NCBI GenBank assembly: GCA_043228905.1
Contig: JBHGNT010000027.1
Coordinates: 186,001 to 250,000, forward strand
Length of the DNA: 64,000 nucleotides
Origin: Azolla caroliniana
Lineage: Eukaryota > Plantae > Polypodiophyta
Direction: 5' to 3'
This document shows, piece by piece, positions 35,572 to 47,869 of this stretch. Below the pieces are notes generated by a model. The model was not told the origin of the DNA and searched no databases. It was given only the letters and a program-made list of their open reading frames with translations. The stretch's first letter is position 1, and the number at the start of each line of letters is the position of its first letter. Made by a program: the position numbers and the translations under genes.

Positions 35572-35725
35572 TGTGCATTACAAACACTTCTAGGCTTTTC
35601 AGTTAAGTCAGGTAAAACTTGCTTGCCTTTTCGCCGAAAAAGCAATAGAAAAAAGTTATGAATACAAGAAAGAAGAAACCGCAACCGCAGCCCTGGATGA
35701 TTCTTCCTGAAGTAAGTTCTAAAGA

Positions 35726-36115
35726 ATGCCATTCTTTTCCGTAAAGACTTTTCTTCTCATTTTCGAATTTGCCCCTATTTCTTTCTACCTAGTCATCAGT
35801 TTGCTACCTTCCCTGATCCCAATTGGTGCTTTTTTCGCATTTGCTTTGAAAGGTTCGGCCTATCCGGATAAATTGTCAGCTCACGAACGCGGTTCTGACC
35901 TACTTGGTGATGTCAGAAGTCGTTTTGATACATGACCTTATTCGGTCTCCCCTTCATTTATTATCTTCGATTCGGAAGTGACCCTCTCGTTTCCCCGGGC
36001 AGTATCCTCGAACAAGATTGGTTGGTTTGGATTTCGGTCTATGATGGTGTTTGTACGGATTCCGACCATTGGATCTCTTCATGAATGGAAAAAGGGCGCT
36101 CTGGACTGGGAGTAA
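35726..36115 (+). CDS. nad3: NADH dehydrogenase subunit 3
   Basis: EFAPI..YLVISLL...YPDKLSAHERG..RSRFD...EWKKGALDWE*. Confidence 0.94.
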
Positions 36116-36223
36116 CCGACACTGAAGAGTCAGGCCCCATCAAGGCAGATGCATGATGAACGCTTTTCGGGGCCGCACGCAGAAGGAAAAACACAGAATG
36201 AACCGAATACTACTATTACTATC

Positions 36224-37435
36224 ATGGCCAGGTGACTTCCAATTCTTAAATAGCCTTTATTTTCTATACTTAACTAGCATTCGATAGATCATCTAATTCT
36301 GAGCAATATAAGTCATCGGTGGGGGTTTGGTTTGTTAGCCGGTCTTCGTCCAGTCATTTAGATCATTATCGGCGTCTTTTCAGCTATGTATTATACACCT
36401 CATGTCGATCTGGCTCTCAACAGCGTAGAACACATTATGAGAGATGTGAAGGGAGGCTGGTTGCTTTGTTACATGTATGCCAATGGGGCCAGTATGTTCT
36501 TCACTGCAGTTCATATCTATATTTTCTGCGGTCCGTATCATGGAAGCTATATCAGTCTCAGAGAATTCATTCGGTGTCTCGGAGTTGTCACCCTTCTATC
36601 AACGATCGTTACCGCTTTCACAGGCCATGTACTCTTCCGGGGTTAAATGAGCTTTCGGGGAGCTATAGTAACTACCAGCTCAGCTAGTGTCGTATTTATA
36701 GTAGGAGATACCATAGTCACTCGGCTTTGGGGTGGTTTCTCCGTAGACAATGCCACCCTAAATCGTTTCTCCAGTCCTTATCACTCACTCCTTTTCGTAA
36801 TTGCAGGCGCTAGTCCTATCTATCCGGCTGCGTTATATTAATACGGATTCAACAATCCATTGGGCATAAATTCTTCTGTGGATAAAATTGCTTTTCATCT
36901 CTATCTTTACGCCAAGGATTTGGTGGGTCGGGTAGCATTTGCCATTTTCTTCTCCATCCGGCTCTTCTATGCACCTAATGTCTTGGGATACTCCGACAAT
37001 TATATGCCTGCGAATCCGATGTTCACTCTGGCTTATATTGTATTAGAATGGTATCCCTTATCAATCTATGCTATTCCGTGAAGTATCCTCAACAAATTAG
37101 GAGGAGTGGCCGCTACAGGACCAGTTTTTGTGTCATCACTGGCCCCACTTTTCCTTAACACTTCCGCAGTACGGAGTTTAAGTTCTTGACTAATTTACTA
37201 AAGAATGTTTCGGTTGCCTTTGGCCGATTGCTTACTTTTAGGTTGGATTGGATGTTAACCAGTGGAGGCACCGCACGTTACTATTGGATAAATGGCTTTT
37301 GTAGTGTTTTCCTCTTATTCTGCTATCACGCCCATTCTTGGCCAAATAGAAGCCAGATTAATAATGAATGCCGACGATGCCACGATAGGTCGGCACTTCG
37401 CTATGCCAGTTTATTACCCCAGCCAGAACCGCTAA
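36224..37435 (+). CDS. cob: Apocytochrome b (intronless)
   Basis: SVEHIMRDVKGGWLL..ANGASMFF...WGGFSVDNATLNRF...IV(P)EWY; in-frame stops at Q/R codons. Confidence 0.95.
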
Positions 37436-38329
37436 TATAAGAAAATAAATAAAGGCCGCAACGCTTATAGATAAACTGATTTTCTAATAAAAAAGAACAG
37501 GATTGAGCCTTCTAGTACTTGTTGTGAACTAACTTTTAGTACTTGTTGTGAAGGTGGTTTTAATGAGGAATAGAATAATATTATTGAAAACAATTTAGAT
37601 AAAAAATGTTTAATGTTTTGGGATGTTACATTTTGGAATTGTTAATTGATAAAGAGTTAGTAAAACTTATGGAGAATCCAAACATGGATGAACAACCAGT
37701 TATTTGTTCTGCAGGAAGGAGGATTTTTTAAGAAAAAAAGACTCTATGTTCGATGTTTATACAATATTAGAAATCTCTTACCTGTCAAGTTGAACTTACC
37801 AATGGTTGTTCTGCTAGTACTTTGGGTTATAAAATAGAAAGAATAGAAAGAATGTGAAACAGTTACTTTGAGTGGTGGTTATTTGACCGAGCCTATTGAT
37901 ATTTACTATCGCTAAGAATGCGGTTGAGTAAGGCCCGCCCGAAAACGACATATAAAAAGCACTCTACCCAGCTGGAAGGTGCAGAGCAGGAAGATATATT
38001 GATGAGTGGGTCGAAGAAACAAAGAAAGGGTTATAAACAGCAGCAAAAAAGGCCTTCATCAAGTACACAATCAAATACACAATCAAAAGCAGCAGCTGGG
38101 AGATCACCTATTTCTTCCTGTCAGCTCACAATTGTTGCTTGCATCCAGGCCTGTCTGCAGACAATGAATCAAAGCAATCCTTCAACGCTTCTTCCGCCGG
38201 CCGCAGAGACCAAAGCAGTGCTGCTTTGTAAACTAAACCGTGATTCAATGTATCTTTTAGAGCCTGAAAGTTCGTTGAAACCAGACCTGCAGTCCGGCGG
38301 CAGGGTCTACGACTGACTTCAGGCAACAT

Positions 38330-39002
38330 GAATTACGAAGCTTTTTTGTCAAGGAATAAGAAGAAATATAAAGTACTAAAAAGAATATCATCATTTTATG
38401 ATGGAGTTTATAAGTATTTGATATATAAGTCTTTAAATTTGTTTATCAAAAAGATTACATATGCTGACAGGATCGGTCGATCCAAAAAAATTATTAATAG
38501 ATTTAAGATATCATTTGCTCTCAACTTGGACAACAGCTGTTTGTATGCATCTTTTAGGTTATATAATGGTAATTCTTTTTAGACCAGAAGGCAACAAACA
38601 AGTTTATAGCTGGTGACAGTAATCAATTATTCTATCTATTGGGAATAAGTGGGATAACTAGTATGATTCTATCACTGGTGAGTGTAAAAAAGAATGGAAC
38701 TATTACAAACAAAAAAGAAGTTATATGCGAATGCGCAAGTCTTACTGTTAGGTGGTCTAACATGGTACCTTATAGGCGTGATAGATCTTCCATTAATAAA
38801 AGATCAAATAGATGTTATAGGTATGTTTTAGAATGTTTTATGTCTTCAGCCGGAGAAGATATAGAAGCATCTCGAGGTTGGTTCTGCGGTCAGCACGCAA
38901 CCTTCTTCTTCCTCAGCAACCAACCGAAAATGGTGGGGCTAGTGTGCAGCCTAAGCATGTACCGGAAGAAGGCTCTAAAACTACGGCTGATAGTAGTTCA
39001 AG

Positions 39003-39042
<40 letters not shown>

Positions 39043-40230
39043 GCGAGAGAAGATTCTCGGCTGAGCGTGTAGTGAAGGACGACAGAGAGCTAAATTATTA
39101 TTCTTCGGAATCAGTTAAAATATCAACAGGTTCTGCTAGAGAAGGAGTAGAATCGCAGGCAGGTCTCGCTCGGAAAATGTTGCTTGCGCAGGTCTCGCTC
39201 GGGAAATGTTGCTTGCGCAGGTCTTAGGAGAATCGGGTGACGCTACAAATAAAGAACCAATGTATAAAAATAAGTCTTTTTGGGGAGTGGTACTCACTAC
39301 TATAAATATATGTGTAATAACCTATATCTTTGGCGGTAGTAGTGGTGGAGGTAGCAGTGACAGTAGCCCGTCTGCTAGTAGCATAATAGGTGAATCCAAT
39401 CCCTTCTTATATCTATATAATTGGCTGAGACCTCCACATAACAGACTTAATTTACCGCTTTAAACGAAATAGACTCTGTAAATTCAACAGGTAGAATAAT
39501 GGAAAGCGCGTCGTATGCATTAGATTATCTGCTTCATAACAGCAACGAATTCTACATGTCAATTCAGTATCCTTTACAGCAAGCAACCTGAAAGGTTTTC
39601 TTTATTGAATTTGTATAAGATTGGTACATGAGCGCATTCAGCGTGGTATGCGGCTAGATACCAGGCCTTCAGAAAGCGAAATTAACACTATTGTGGGTGG
39701 AAAGATTATTATCTTTTAATAGCAGGGAATCATCATTATTGGGTATTTCAGACACTCACTGAAATTTATTTACAAATTAATTCCTATCTTACTGCATCTG
39801 ATATACCTCCAATAACTACTATTAGAAACAACGGAATGCATACTGTTCTATATCCTGCCTGAAAGTTATTCAGTTTCAGTCATAAATCGTCCATCGCTAT
39901 TAACCAATAGTAGTGAGAGTGACAGTGATATTATACCTCCCAACAGGTTTACGTGGAAAATACAAATCTTCTTACCACTGACAGTGCTGATGAGGTTCTT
40001 GTACCTCCCGTTGATCAAAACATGTCGAAACACAAACTGAAGAAAGGCCAACTGATGCCGAAACACAAACTGATACAGACCTATCTCGTAGGGGAAGTCG
40101 CCGTTCTTCGACGACAGAAAGAAGCAGCGACAGATGAAAATCTAGCTTCAACTGCCTTCTCCGCCCGGTTACATAGTTATACTGCATATGATAATCCTCT
40201 TATGGATGATCCTTTTATAAATGATGAATA
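38330..40230 (+). pseudogene. Decayed AT-rich foreign gene, paralog 1
   Basis: Collinear similarity with 62200-64000. Confidence 0.6.
39161..39224 (+). repeat. 29-bp tandem duplication
   Basis: AGGTCTCGCTCGG(A/G)AAATGTTGCTTGCGC x2. Confidence 0.9.
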
Positions 40231-41721
40231 AGAATATCACCATGAACCACTTTCTTCGCCGCCGAACACTACCACCACCTCAAAAAAATTCTGAGATTAG
40301 CTGCTTTCCTTTCGCGCAGGCAGGCAGTAATGGTGAAAGAGAGTCCTCCCCGCTACATCAGCATGCCGAATCTGCTGCGACAATGAAGCCCACAGTGCAG
40401 AGTTTTTTTCATTTCTATGCTATTCTATAAATTAATATTGAAAGCCGCAGTCTAATCTTTTAGAGGATGGATGGGTAAACGTCTCAGGTTCAATCGTTGA
40501 TTTCTGCCTAGGAAATGGCATTGGATGAAGAGTTCAATCCTGCTTCACTCTGCTGCGGTTCTTCCCACGCACGCTGAACCCGTTCTTCACGTAGTGTCGA
40601 TGCAGACATTTTTGCCTGCCGAGTAGCTGCATCATGCAATTTTGTTTTTGTTTTGGCGGGCGGTCTTCGCATTAGACTGATCTTTCGATGCAGCGAGATC
40701 CCGCCCACCAACTCTGCTTGCTGGGAGAGCAGCACCTGTCTTAACGGTTACGGCTAGAGGGTCCAATCCTTTTCAATATGTCGTCTACGCAAGCAGACAA
40801 GAACAATTATTCTATCAACCTCCCGCAACTAATAAAGTTGTTAAAGAAGAAACAATGCAGCAGCTCTATCTATTATAAAGCATTGCTTTAAAGAGTCTAA
40901 TCTGCCGGCCGTTAGGATGGATGGGTAAACGCCCAATCGTTGATTTCTGCCTAGGAAATGATGAATAGATTTTGAGGCATGTTTCAATCCTGTTCCTTCC
41001 TTCCTCTCTGCAACTTATTTATCAAGTCAAGGAGGAGTGCCCTTACTTATATTATATTCTTCACTTATCTTCGATGTTGTTGGAGTAGCATAATGCTGCG
41101 AGTCGGCGTTCTTCGCAGGCAGTAGCTTGATCCTTTTTTTTCGATGTAACTTTGATGTCGTTGTTGGCCTGTGCAGCGACTATGCCACCAGTACATTCCG
41201 TGAACTGCTGCTTGCTGTTTTAGACCATTATCCTCTTCTTTATGGGTTGTCTTCCAAAGATCTTCTTCTTTGTTTTTGACCATTTTATATAATTGAAGTT
41301 ATTCTTTTTTCTGTAGCTTTTCGAAGAACTTTGGAAGCTCAAGCTGTAACATTTCTTCGATTGTCGTGCGTTTTAATCGCTCAATACATTTTCTTCGAGC
41401 TTCTGTATTTTCTCTTGTAACATCTTCTTTTCACGACGTTGTAACACTTCTTCACGACTCGTAGCTTTCCTCTTCTTGCGCTTCTGCGGCGTAGGTTCTA
41501 CAGCTGCTACTTTATTAGGTGAAGCCACGGGACGGGTTGGTTCTTCAACCTTTCTTTTTAGGGTTTGTATCTACCCACAGCCCATCCTTGAATACCAATT
41601 ATCTCTTGCTTGCTTGAGAGAGGGATCAATACCCACATTAAGCATCATTTCTTTGCGGTAAATGCTGACTGAGATCTTTCCAATTTATATGAAAGTTAGC
41701 TGTTAGAAGGTTTGTACTCGT

Positions 41722-43225
41722 TCAAGGTTTTGATATTGTTCCTCGCTTAAAATTTACCAATTTCTTGGCTGCACCTTTGTATCTTACCATATCACCATCC
41801 TCAATTTTAAATGCATAACATTTAGGTGCTAAGAAATAACCCTCTATTACTTTTTTATATTCAAGCTTAAATTTACCCAACTCGAAGATACTAACTCCGG
41901 AGGCAACGGTTTGTCTAGTACTACAGAGTCTGTATCGGTATAGTAGGAACCCGGGAAATATAGGGATACATGTGTATTCGAGCATATGCTGTTATTGCTG
42001 CCGACATCTGTACAGCTGAGGAAGAGCCGGCGTTCCGTGAGTCCATCCAATGAATCATCGATCTAAATGAATCGTCTTTACAATCCTCATTTCTCAGTTT
42101 CTGCTGCATTTGTGTTGTATAAGTCAATATATAATGCGTATTATTTATAGCTTCAGCTATACCATATGGATATATTGACATTATCTTGTCAAGTCTTTCT
42201 TGATCACAGATCTCTGTTATATTCATTTCTGGTTTTATACCAAACCTTCCGTACAGAGAGTTCATTGTCAATTTGTGCAGAGATGACGTCACCATGTCGC
42301 CTCTCTTTTTTGCTTCCTGCCTCTCTTTATATATCTCGCTTACAAATTCAATAAAAGTTTCTTTCCTTTCAAATAAATACCCATGCTTAACTTCTACTTT
42401 GTAACCCAATCTTATAGCATATTTTAACTCTTCCGTAAAGTAGACGCCTGTAAACGTCCCTGTAGGAAATATGTTCCCTTGTAATGTAAGGATCTTTATA
42501 GGGTAGTAATGGTATTTTAATTGTATCAGGGCATTCGCTTCCACAAAGCAGCCAAATAGATGCTCCATATCGCTGCCTGACAAGTCTCCATACAGGTTTT
42601 CCCCCTGGCATAGGCTTTGTCATTACGTAAGGGTATAACGAGTTCACGTCATAATAATACATTTCCTTACCATACGGCTTGTATACATCAGTGTGGCCAC
42701 CAACCCAACCTCGCTCGTCGAATAAATGATGCTTTGTTAGCATCAGGCCTGTATATTGGATATGCTTTTGGATAGTAGTGAGTACGATAGATCTTCATTG
42801 CCATCGACGACACTGTCAGACATTTCGTTATATCTATACTAAACCGATCCCAGCAAGCAAGCAGTATTTTTCTTATACTTTGCTTAAGCACTCCAGCTAA
42901 TATCATTATATCCTGTTTTAGATACTTTATTAATTCATATTGTTTATCTCTAATATTTAACTTGTTCGATTCTTTATGCGGAATTGAACCTTTACTACTC
43001 AGCTCTGGACGCATTGTCTCAGCTAGAGATTTCAACGAAGGTAATAGTTTTAGAGAGTCCCGTATATATAATAGCGGTGTTTTCAGTTTCTTTTTATCAT
43101 ATATAATAATTTGATCTATTTGATGTTCTCTAATTCTAGTTTTTAATATTATATTAGGTTGGATAACTAAATATTTCAATAGCAAGATGCCGTCAAATCG
43201 AGACAGATTATGACAATATACCTGC
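41722..43225 (-). pseudogene. dpo: Linear-plasmid-type family B DNA polymerase, frameshifted
   Basis: HNLSRFDG; YYDVNSLYPYVM; KLTMNSLYGRFG; YYTDTDS; FLAPKCY spread over four frames. Confidence 0.93.
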
Positions 43226-44200
43226 TCAAAAAATGAATAAATTATTAAACGGGCGGGCGGTTGCTGAGCACGTTAGCTCTTCTCTCCTATTCAAATATTT
43301 AGTGCCGCTACTAACACAATTAGTCATATTGAGGGTTTTTAGGAAATGGAAGAGCGGGCGGCTAACGTTTCTTTTCTTTAACGCCCTTCCGTTCCGTTCA
43401 CTACGCGAGCGGAGTGATAAGAGCCCGCTCGTGAGGCGAATAGCAAAAAGTGCTTCCATTTCTACCTTAGTTTCTGCACGAAAAGACACACAGCTTGCCT
43501 ACGTTCACTCCAAGTATACTCCGTTTTCATTACAGAAACGTATTATGCTAAGATTTCCCATCAAAATCTGATTATACCCATGTTCTGGAAGTTTTTAGAT
43601 TGTGTAAAACCATTTTAGTTCTAGGGGCACCCTCCAACTCACTTGAAAGTGTCAAATTAGCTACAGAGAATCCTCGTGGTTAAAAACGCATAAAGACGTG
43701 AAGTGGAGCTTTGACCAAAAAATTGTTTTAATTTAACAAATCTTTACTAAGCTAAGAGTCAGAGAGAAAAGCGTACGTCACTCACTTAGCATAGAGCGTT
43801 TTGTGAGGGCACATTATGTACAAACTTTTGGAGAAACTCAGTATGATTATCTCCCCCTATTACCTAGTCGAAATATGAAGAAACTCTATTGAATTCCATT
43901 TCTCAATGGCCACAACTTTCTTGTCAAAGGAACTTCCGTAATTGAAAGAGAATTCTGAGACTCTTGCGCATCTTTGAGAGTTCAAAGTAATTATCATCAC
44001 TTCAGCCAACACAGAAGGGGAGACTTATTTCTCATGGAGCGGCTTTAAGAAAAGTGCAGGGAAGGCAAAGTGAAATATGATGACCAGGGCTATATTGAAT
44101 TCTGCATATATTACTCCTACAATTGCACGCAACGTCTTTGGTTTGGAAAACAAATAGGTTGTACCAGGATGGGGGCTTAATGAATGGTTGGATAAGTGAA

Positions 44201-44261
44201 GGCACCGCACGTTACTATTGAATAAATGGTGAATAAATGGCTTCTGTAGTGTTTTTCTCTT
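44201..44261 (+). pseudogene. Short diverged cob fragment
   Basis: GGCACCGCACGTTACTATTG..ATAAATGGCTT.TGTAGTGTTTT matches ~37267-37318. Confidence 0.8.
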
Positions 44262-46510
44262 CAGGTAATGGAATGTATACGTCGGGGCGGGGTCCGCCCC
44301 CGCCCACGCCCAAGACGTAAGATGATGATCCGCCTTGCCGATGGCCGTTCCGCTCCCGGTTAGTTATTGGCGAGAGGCAGTAACTAACCGAGCGAGAGAT
44401 TATCAACAGGTTTCATTTCCGATCCGAAAATATTGTTTAAAACAGTAATTTCCTGAAGAGTATGAATAATAGAATAAGCAATATGATTCACATTTCAATA
44501 CGGATAAGGGCTCCACCAAGAGATTGTTTTTTTTTCCATCGCACTAAACTAAAAAGGAATCGTTGACGTTAGCCTTAGTTCCCCTTTGGCCTCTTCAGTG
44601 CCAGTCTTAGATTGAATTTGCTGCAAGAGCGATAGACCTGTAAATTCCCCAAAGACCTACAGTGAGCTGTGTATTCCTCCTAACAGAAGAGCTACCTTCT
44701 TGTAGTTCTTGTAGAAGGTATACCTTACCCAGATTGCAGTAGTTCTATCCCAGAAAAAGCCGGCACCTTCATTCATGGTGCTTGAAGAAACAGCAAGCAG
44801 GTTAATCCGTAAACGTTAGTCACAAGGGGTACAGGAGTGATGTCACGGGAATTGATGATAAGTATGCAGGTTCCAGCTAAGCTAACGTAGCAGTTGGTGG
44901 TCCTCGTATCGATAGATCTCGCCCTCTATTTCTATCTGTTGGTGGCTTCTTGGCTGTTCTCGCAGCTTCTCAACAGCTGGCGTGGGTTCTCTACAACCTG
45001 TTGTTTTTGTTGCTTCCTTGCAGTCCGTTCCTGTTGGTCGAATGGCTGCTTTAGTCTTGTTGTTCAAGAACGGCGGCTCTGCTGAGGAAATCAACGATCG
45101 GACTATTATTCCTCAAAGACCTTTCGCCAATTGATCCAGAATCGATTTGACAAACAAAATAGGCCAATCGTTGATTTGAGCATGTCTTAGATTGAACTTG
45201 TTGCAGGTTCGATAAGGGTAAGCGGATTCCCGGCGCGCGCGCGCGGCGGAAGAAACCTAGCGAAGACTTCCCTGGCTCTGTCATTCTGATTGGACTGTAG
45301 ATGATTAAACCATATATTTGAATCTACCAAATTTCTTCTAGATCGTTCGTTTTAGATGGTATGATTGGCTACCGGGTTCCCTGCCAATGATGTTATAGAT
45401 ACGGAAGTTGCCCTCTTAATGAGTATAGAAATCGTTTTCAGTGGGAAAATAGCGCTAACATTATATTCGGTCGTACCGCTGGTTCCCTGTTCTACAGGGG
45501 TTTCTCGGCTTTACAGTCTCTCTCGTGACCCTACTATGAAAAACACGCCGCAGATTAGCCATGAAAAAGACGACATGTGCTACAACAAATCATCCTTTCA
45601 GAATGACACAACTTTGGTTTGGCCAAATCCTGTCCTGCGGGACTAAAATCTGCAAAATAAAAAAGTAGTTTTCGCTCGTTATATTCGCTAGGCCCGCATT
45701 CTGCATAGTAACATTCGTTTCTTCCAAAACAAAGCATACGCTTTGGACGTATTTGCGGAACATTTAGGGTTTTCTTTTCTGATTTTTTTCAATCTAGCCT
45801 TTTGTTCAACAACTCTTTCTTTTTGGTTCACTAATCCGTCATCCTCCTCAAAGTCTAAATCATAGCGATCCTACGGATCAAGCTCTAGTACATCGTCATC
45901 AATTTCTGTACTTTGTGAAGTGTCTATAGCGGTGTCTACGTAGTAATCATACTCGTCATGGGAGGTTGAGCCGTAAATTGCTTATCTCACGCAGCATGAA
46001 AATGAAGGGTTTTCGATGAAGCGGTTCATGCGGTCGGGCGGGGGTTTCTGTATCTCGATGTCATTTAAAAAATCCAAGTGCGCACGCAGGCAGGCAGTTT
46101 AACCAACTTAGACTACAATCCACGACACCGCTTTCTCCGGCCGGAATCTCCATCAACGCAATGATCAACATCCTCCATGCCCTTCGTGACAGCAAGCAAC
46201 ACTGACTCTTGACTCAGATTCTTTGTTTGCCGTGATCCCCTTTTTGCAAAATAAAATATACCCCCTTTCCCCCCAATAATTGAGATAGTCGTCGTTTTTG
46301 CTTCCAACACTATGGATGGTTAGAATGTATACAGCCTGTAGCTGTTGTACTGCTCGTAGCCCTCGTTACGTTATTTTGTGCCGCTTCATCGTTGAGTCTT
46401 CTTGCCCAACCTTTTCGTTAGTAGTGTTTGCAGTAATGGGTGTAATCTCCCGCCAGGTCTCCGGTTTCACTTCCGCTGCTGTAATGACATGTGCCCATTC
46501 TTCCGCCCGC

Positions 46511-46551
<41 letters not shown>

Positions 46552-47272
46552 AAGGGGAACTCCAAAGAGGCAAAGAATTAGCAATGCCCACAGCCTCGGT
46601 AGCGTAGCAGGATCTTCCAGTGAGTGTTGAATAAGCAAAATATACGAGGCCATTGGACCTCATCAAACTCTTTTGCGACACCTTTTCGTTCGACTAAACA
46701 AATCAGCGAGACCGTGCTGCTGCTGCGTGGGACCTCAAACAGTTGCCTGATACTTCAGGCGTGTAAATAAGAAAATCCAAATAACAATTGTTACGTTTAT
46801 AGCCTATAACTGGCTTGATCCGGCTTTCTTTCTTGGGCGAGGCCCGAAAGAAAAGAAAAGAAAAGAAAAGAAGCCGTTTAAAGTCTGACAGACTGTAAAA
46901 GAGTAAGTATTAGCCATGGTGATTCTATTTTGTTCTTCTTAATATATTAAAAGTTATTACTTCGGAAACGGTAGAGCCTCTAGCAAGCCGGTGGTGCAAG
47001 CGAATAAGGTGAATGGGACCCTACTTTTCTATCGGGAGTATTTCGTTTTATGAAAAAACCTCATAAAGCCCGTATATGCCCGGGTTCATATATCAAAATA
47101 AACCCTAATCTTGGCTCGGAAAGTCGAAGCGGGAAGTGGCCGAATGAAAAAAGCGTTTGATTTCAGTAAATCCGCTTTCAAAAGAGAGATTCGAATCGTA
47201 TCTCCTCCCTTAATGCCAAAGTATACTTCGTATTCAAGAAGGAAAAACGAAGTGCAATGAGTTTAATGGTGC

Positions 47273-47575
47273 TCGACCTTTCATGCGATTAGGAAATTCC
47301 ACGGCAATGGTCCCGCGAATTCGAGAAGTTACCACCGGAATGGCCAGCCCAATTGCGAATTCCGCAACTGCCACCGTTAACACTAGTAAAGTGAGTGATT
47401 AACCCATCATATCATCCGAATAGACAGAAAATACCGGAGAGTTCAAATTGACAGCCAATAACATTAACTCAATTAGCGTCGGCATAATAGTAATATTCCT
47501 TCTATTTGAGAGAATTCCCTGAATACCTGAAAGAGAGGAAATCATGGAAAATGTCAAATATTTGACCAGATCCGT
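47273..47575 (-). CDS. nad4L: nad4L copy 3
   Basis: Repeat copy. Confidence 0.94.
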
Positions 47576-47795
47576 AAGAAAAAGTCTTTCTTCGTTTCAT
47601 AAAAATCGTAGTGAGATTGGTTCTTTATAATCATGGCTGTTTAAAAAGAAGTGAAAAGGGGCAAGTAATCCCATATACCAATATAGCGAAAAGTGACCGA
47701 AGCATGATGCAGGTTCGGTTGAAAGGAAGAACCCGCTAGCCCGCCCTGAACAAGGGCAAAGCATTCCGTAGGTATATAATCTAATGTGCACTTTC

Positions 47796-47869
47796 CGCAT
47801 CCTACAGGACTTGAACCTGTGACCTTCAACTTAGAAGGTTGTTGCTCTATCCGACTGAGCTAAGGATGC
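47796..47869 (-). tRNA. trnR: tRNA-Arg(UCU), copy 3
   Basis: Repeat copy. Confidence 0.94.

Larger units (their letters stand above)
23777..35679 (+). repeat. Large direct repeat A, copy 2
   Basis: Matches 1-11877 from 23827; the first ~50 nt are also shared with copy 3. Confidence 0.97.

Noticed and set aside
6459-37435. Calling the stop-riddled genes pseudogenes
   Set aside because: No frameshifts, and stops sit at Gln/Arg positions: the signature of U-to-C editing.
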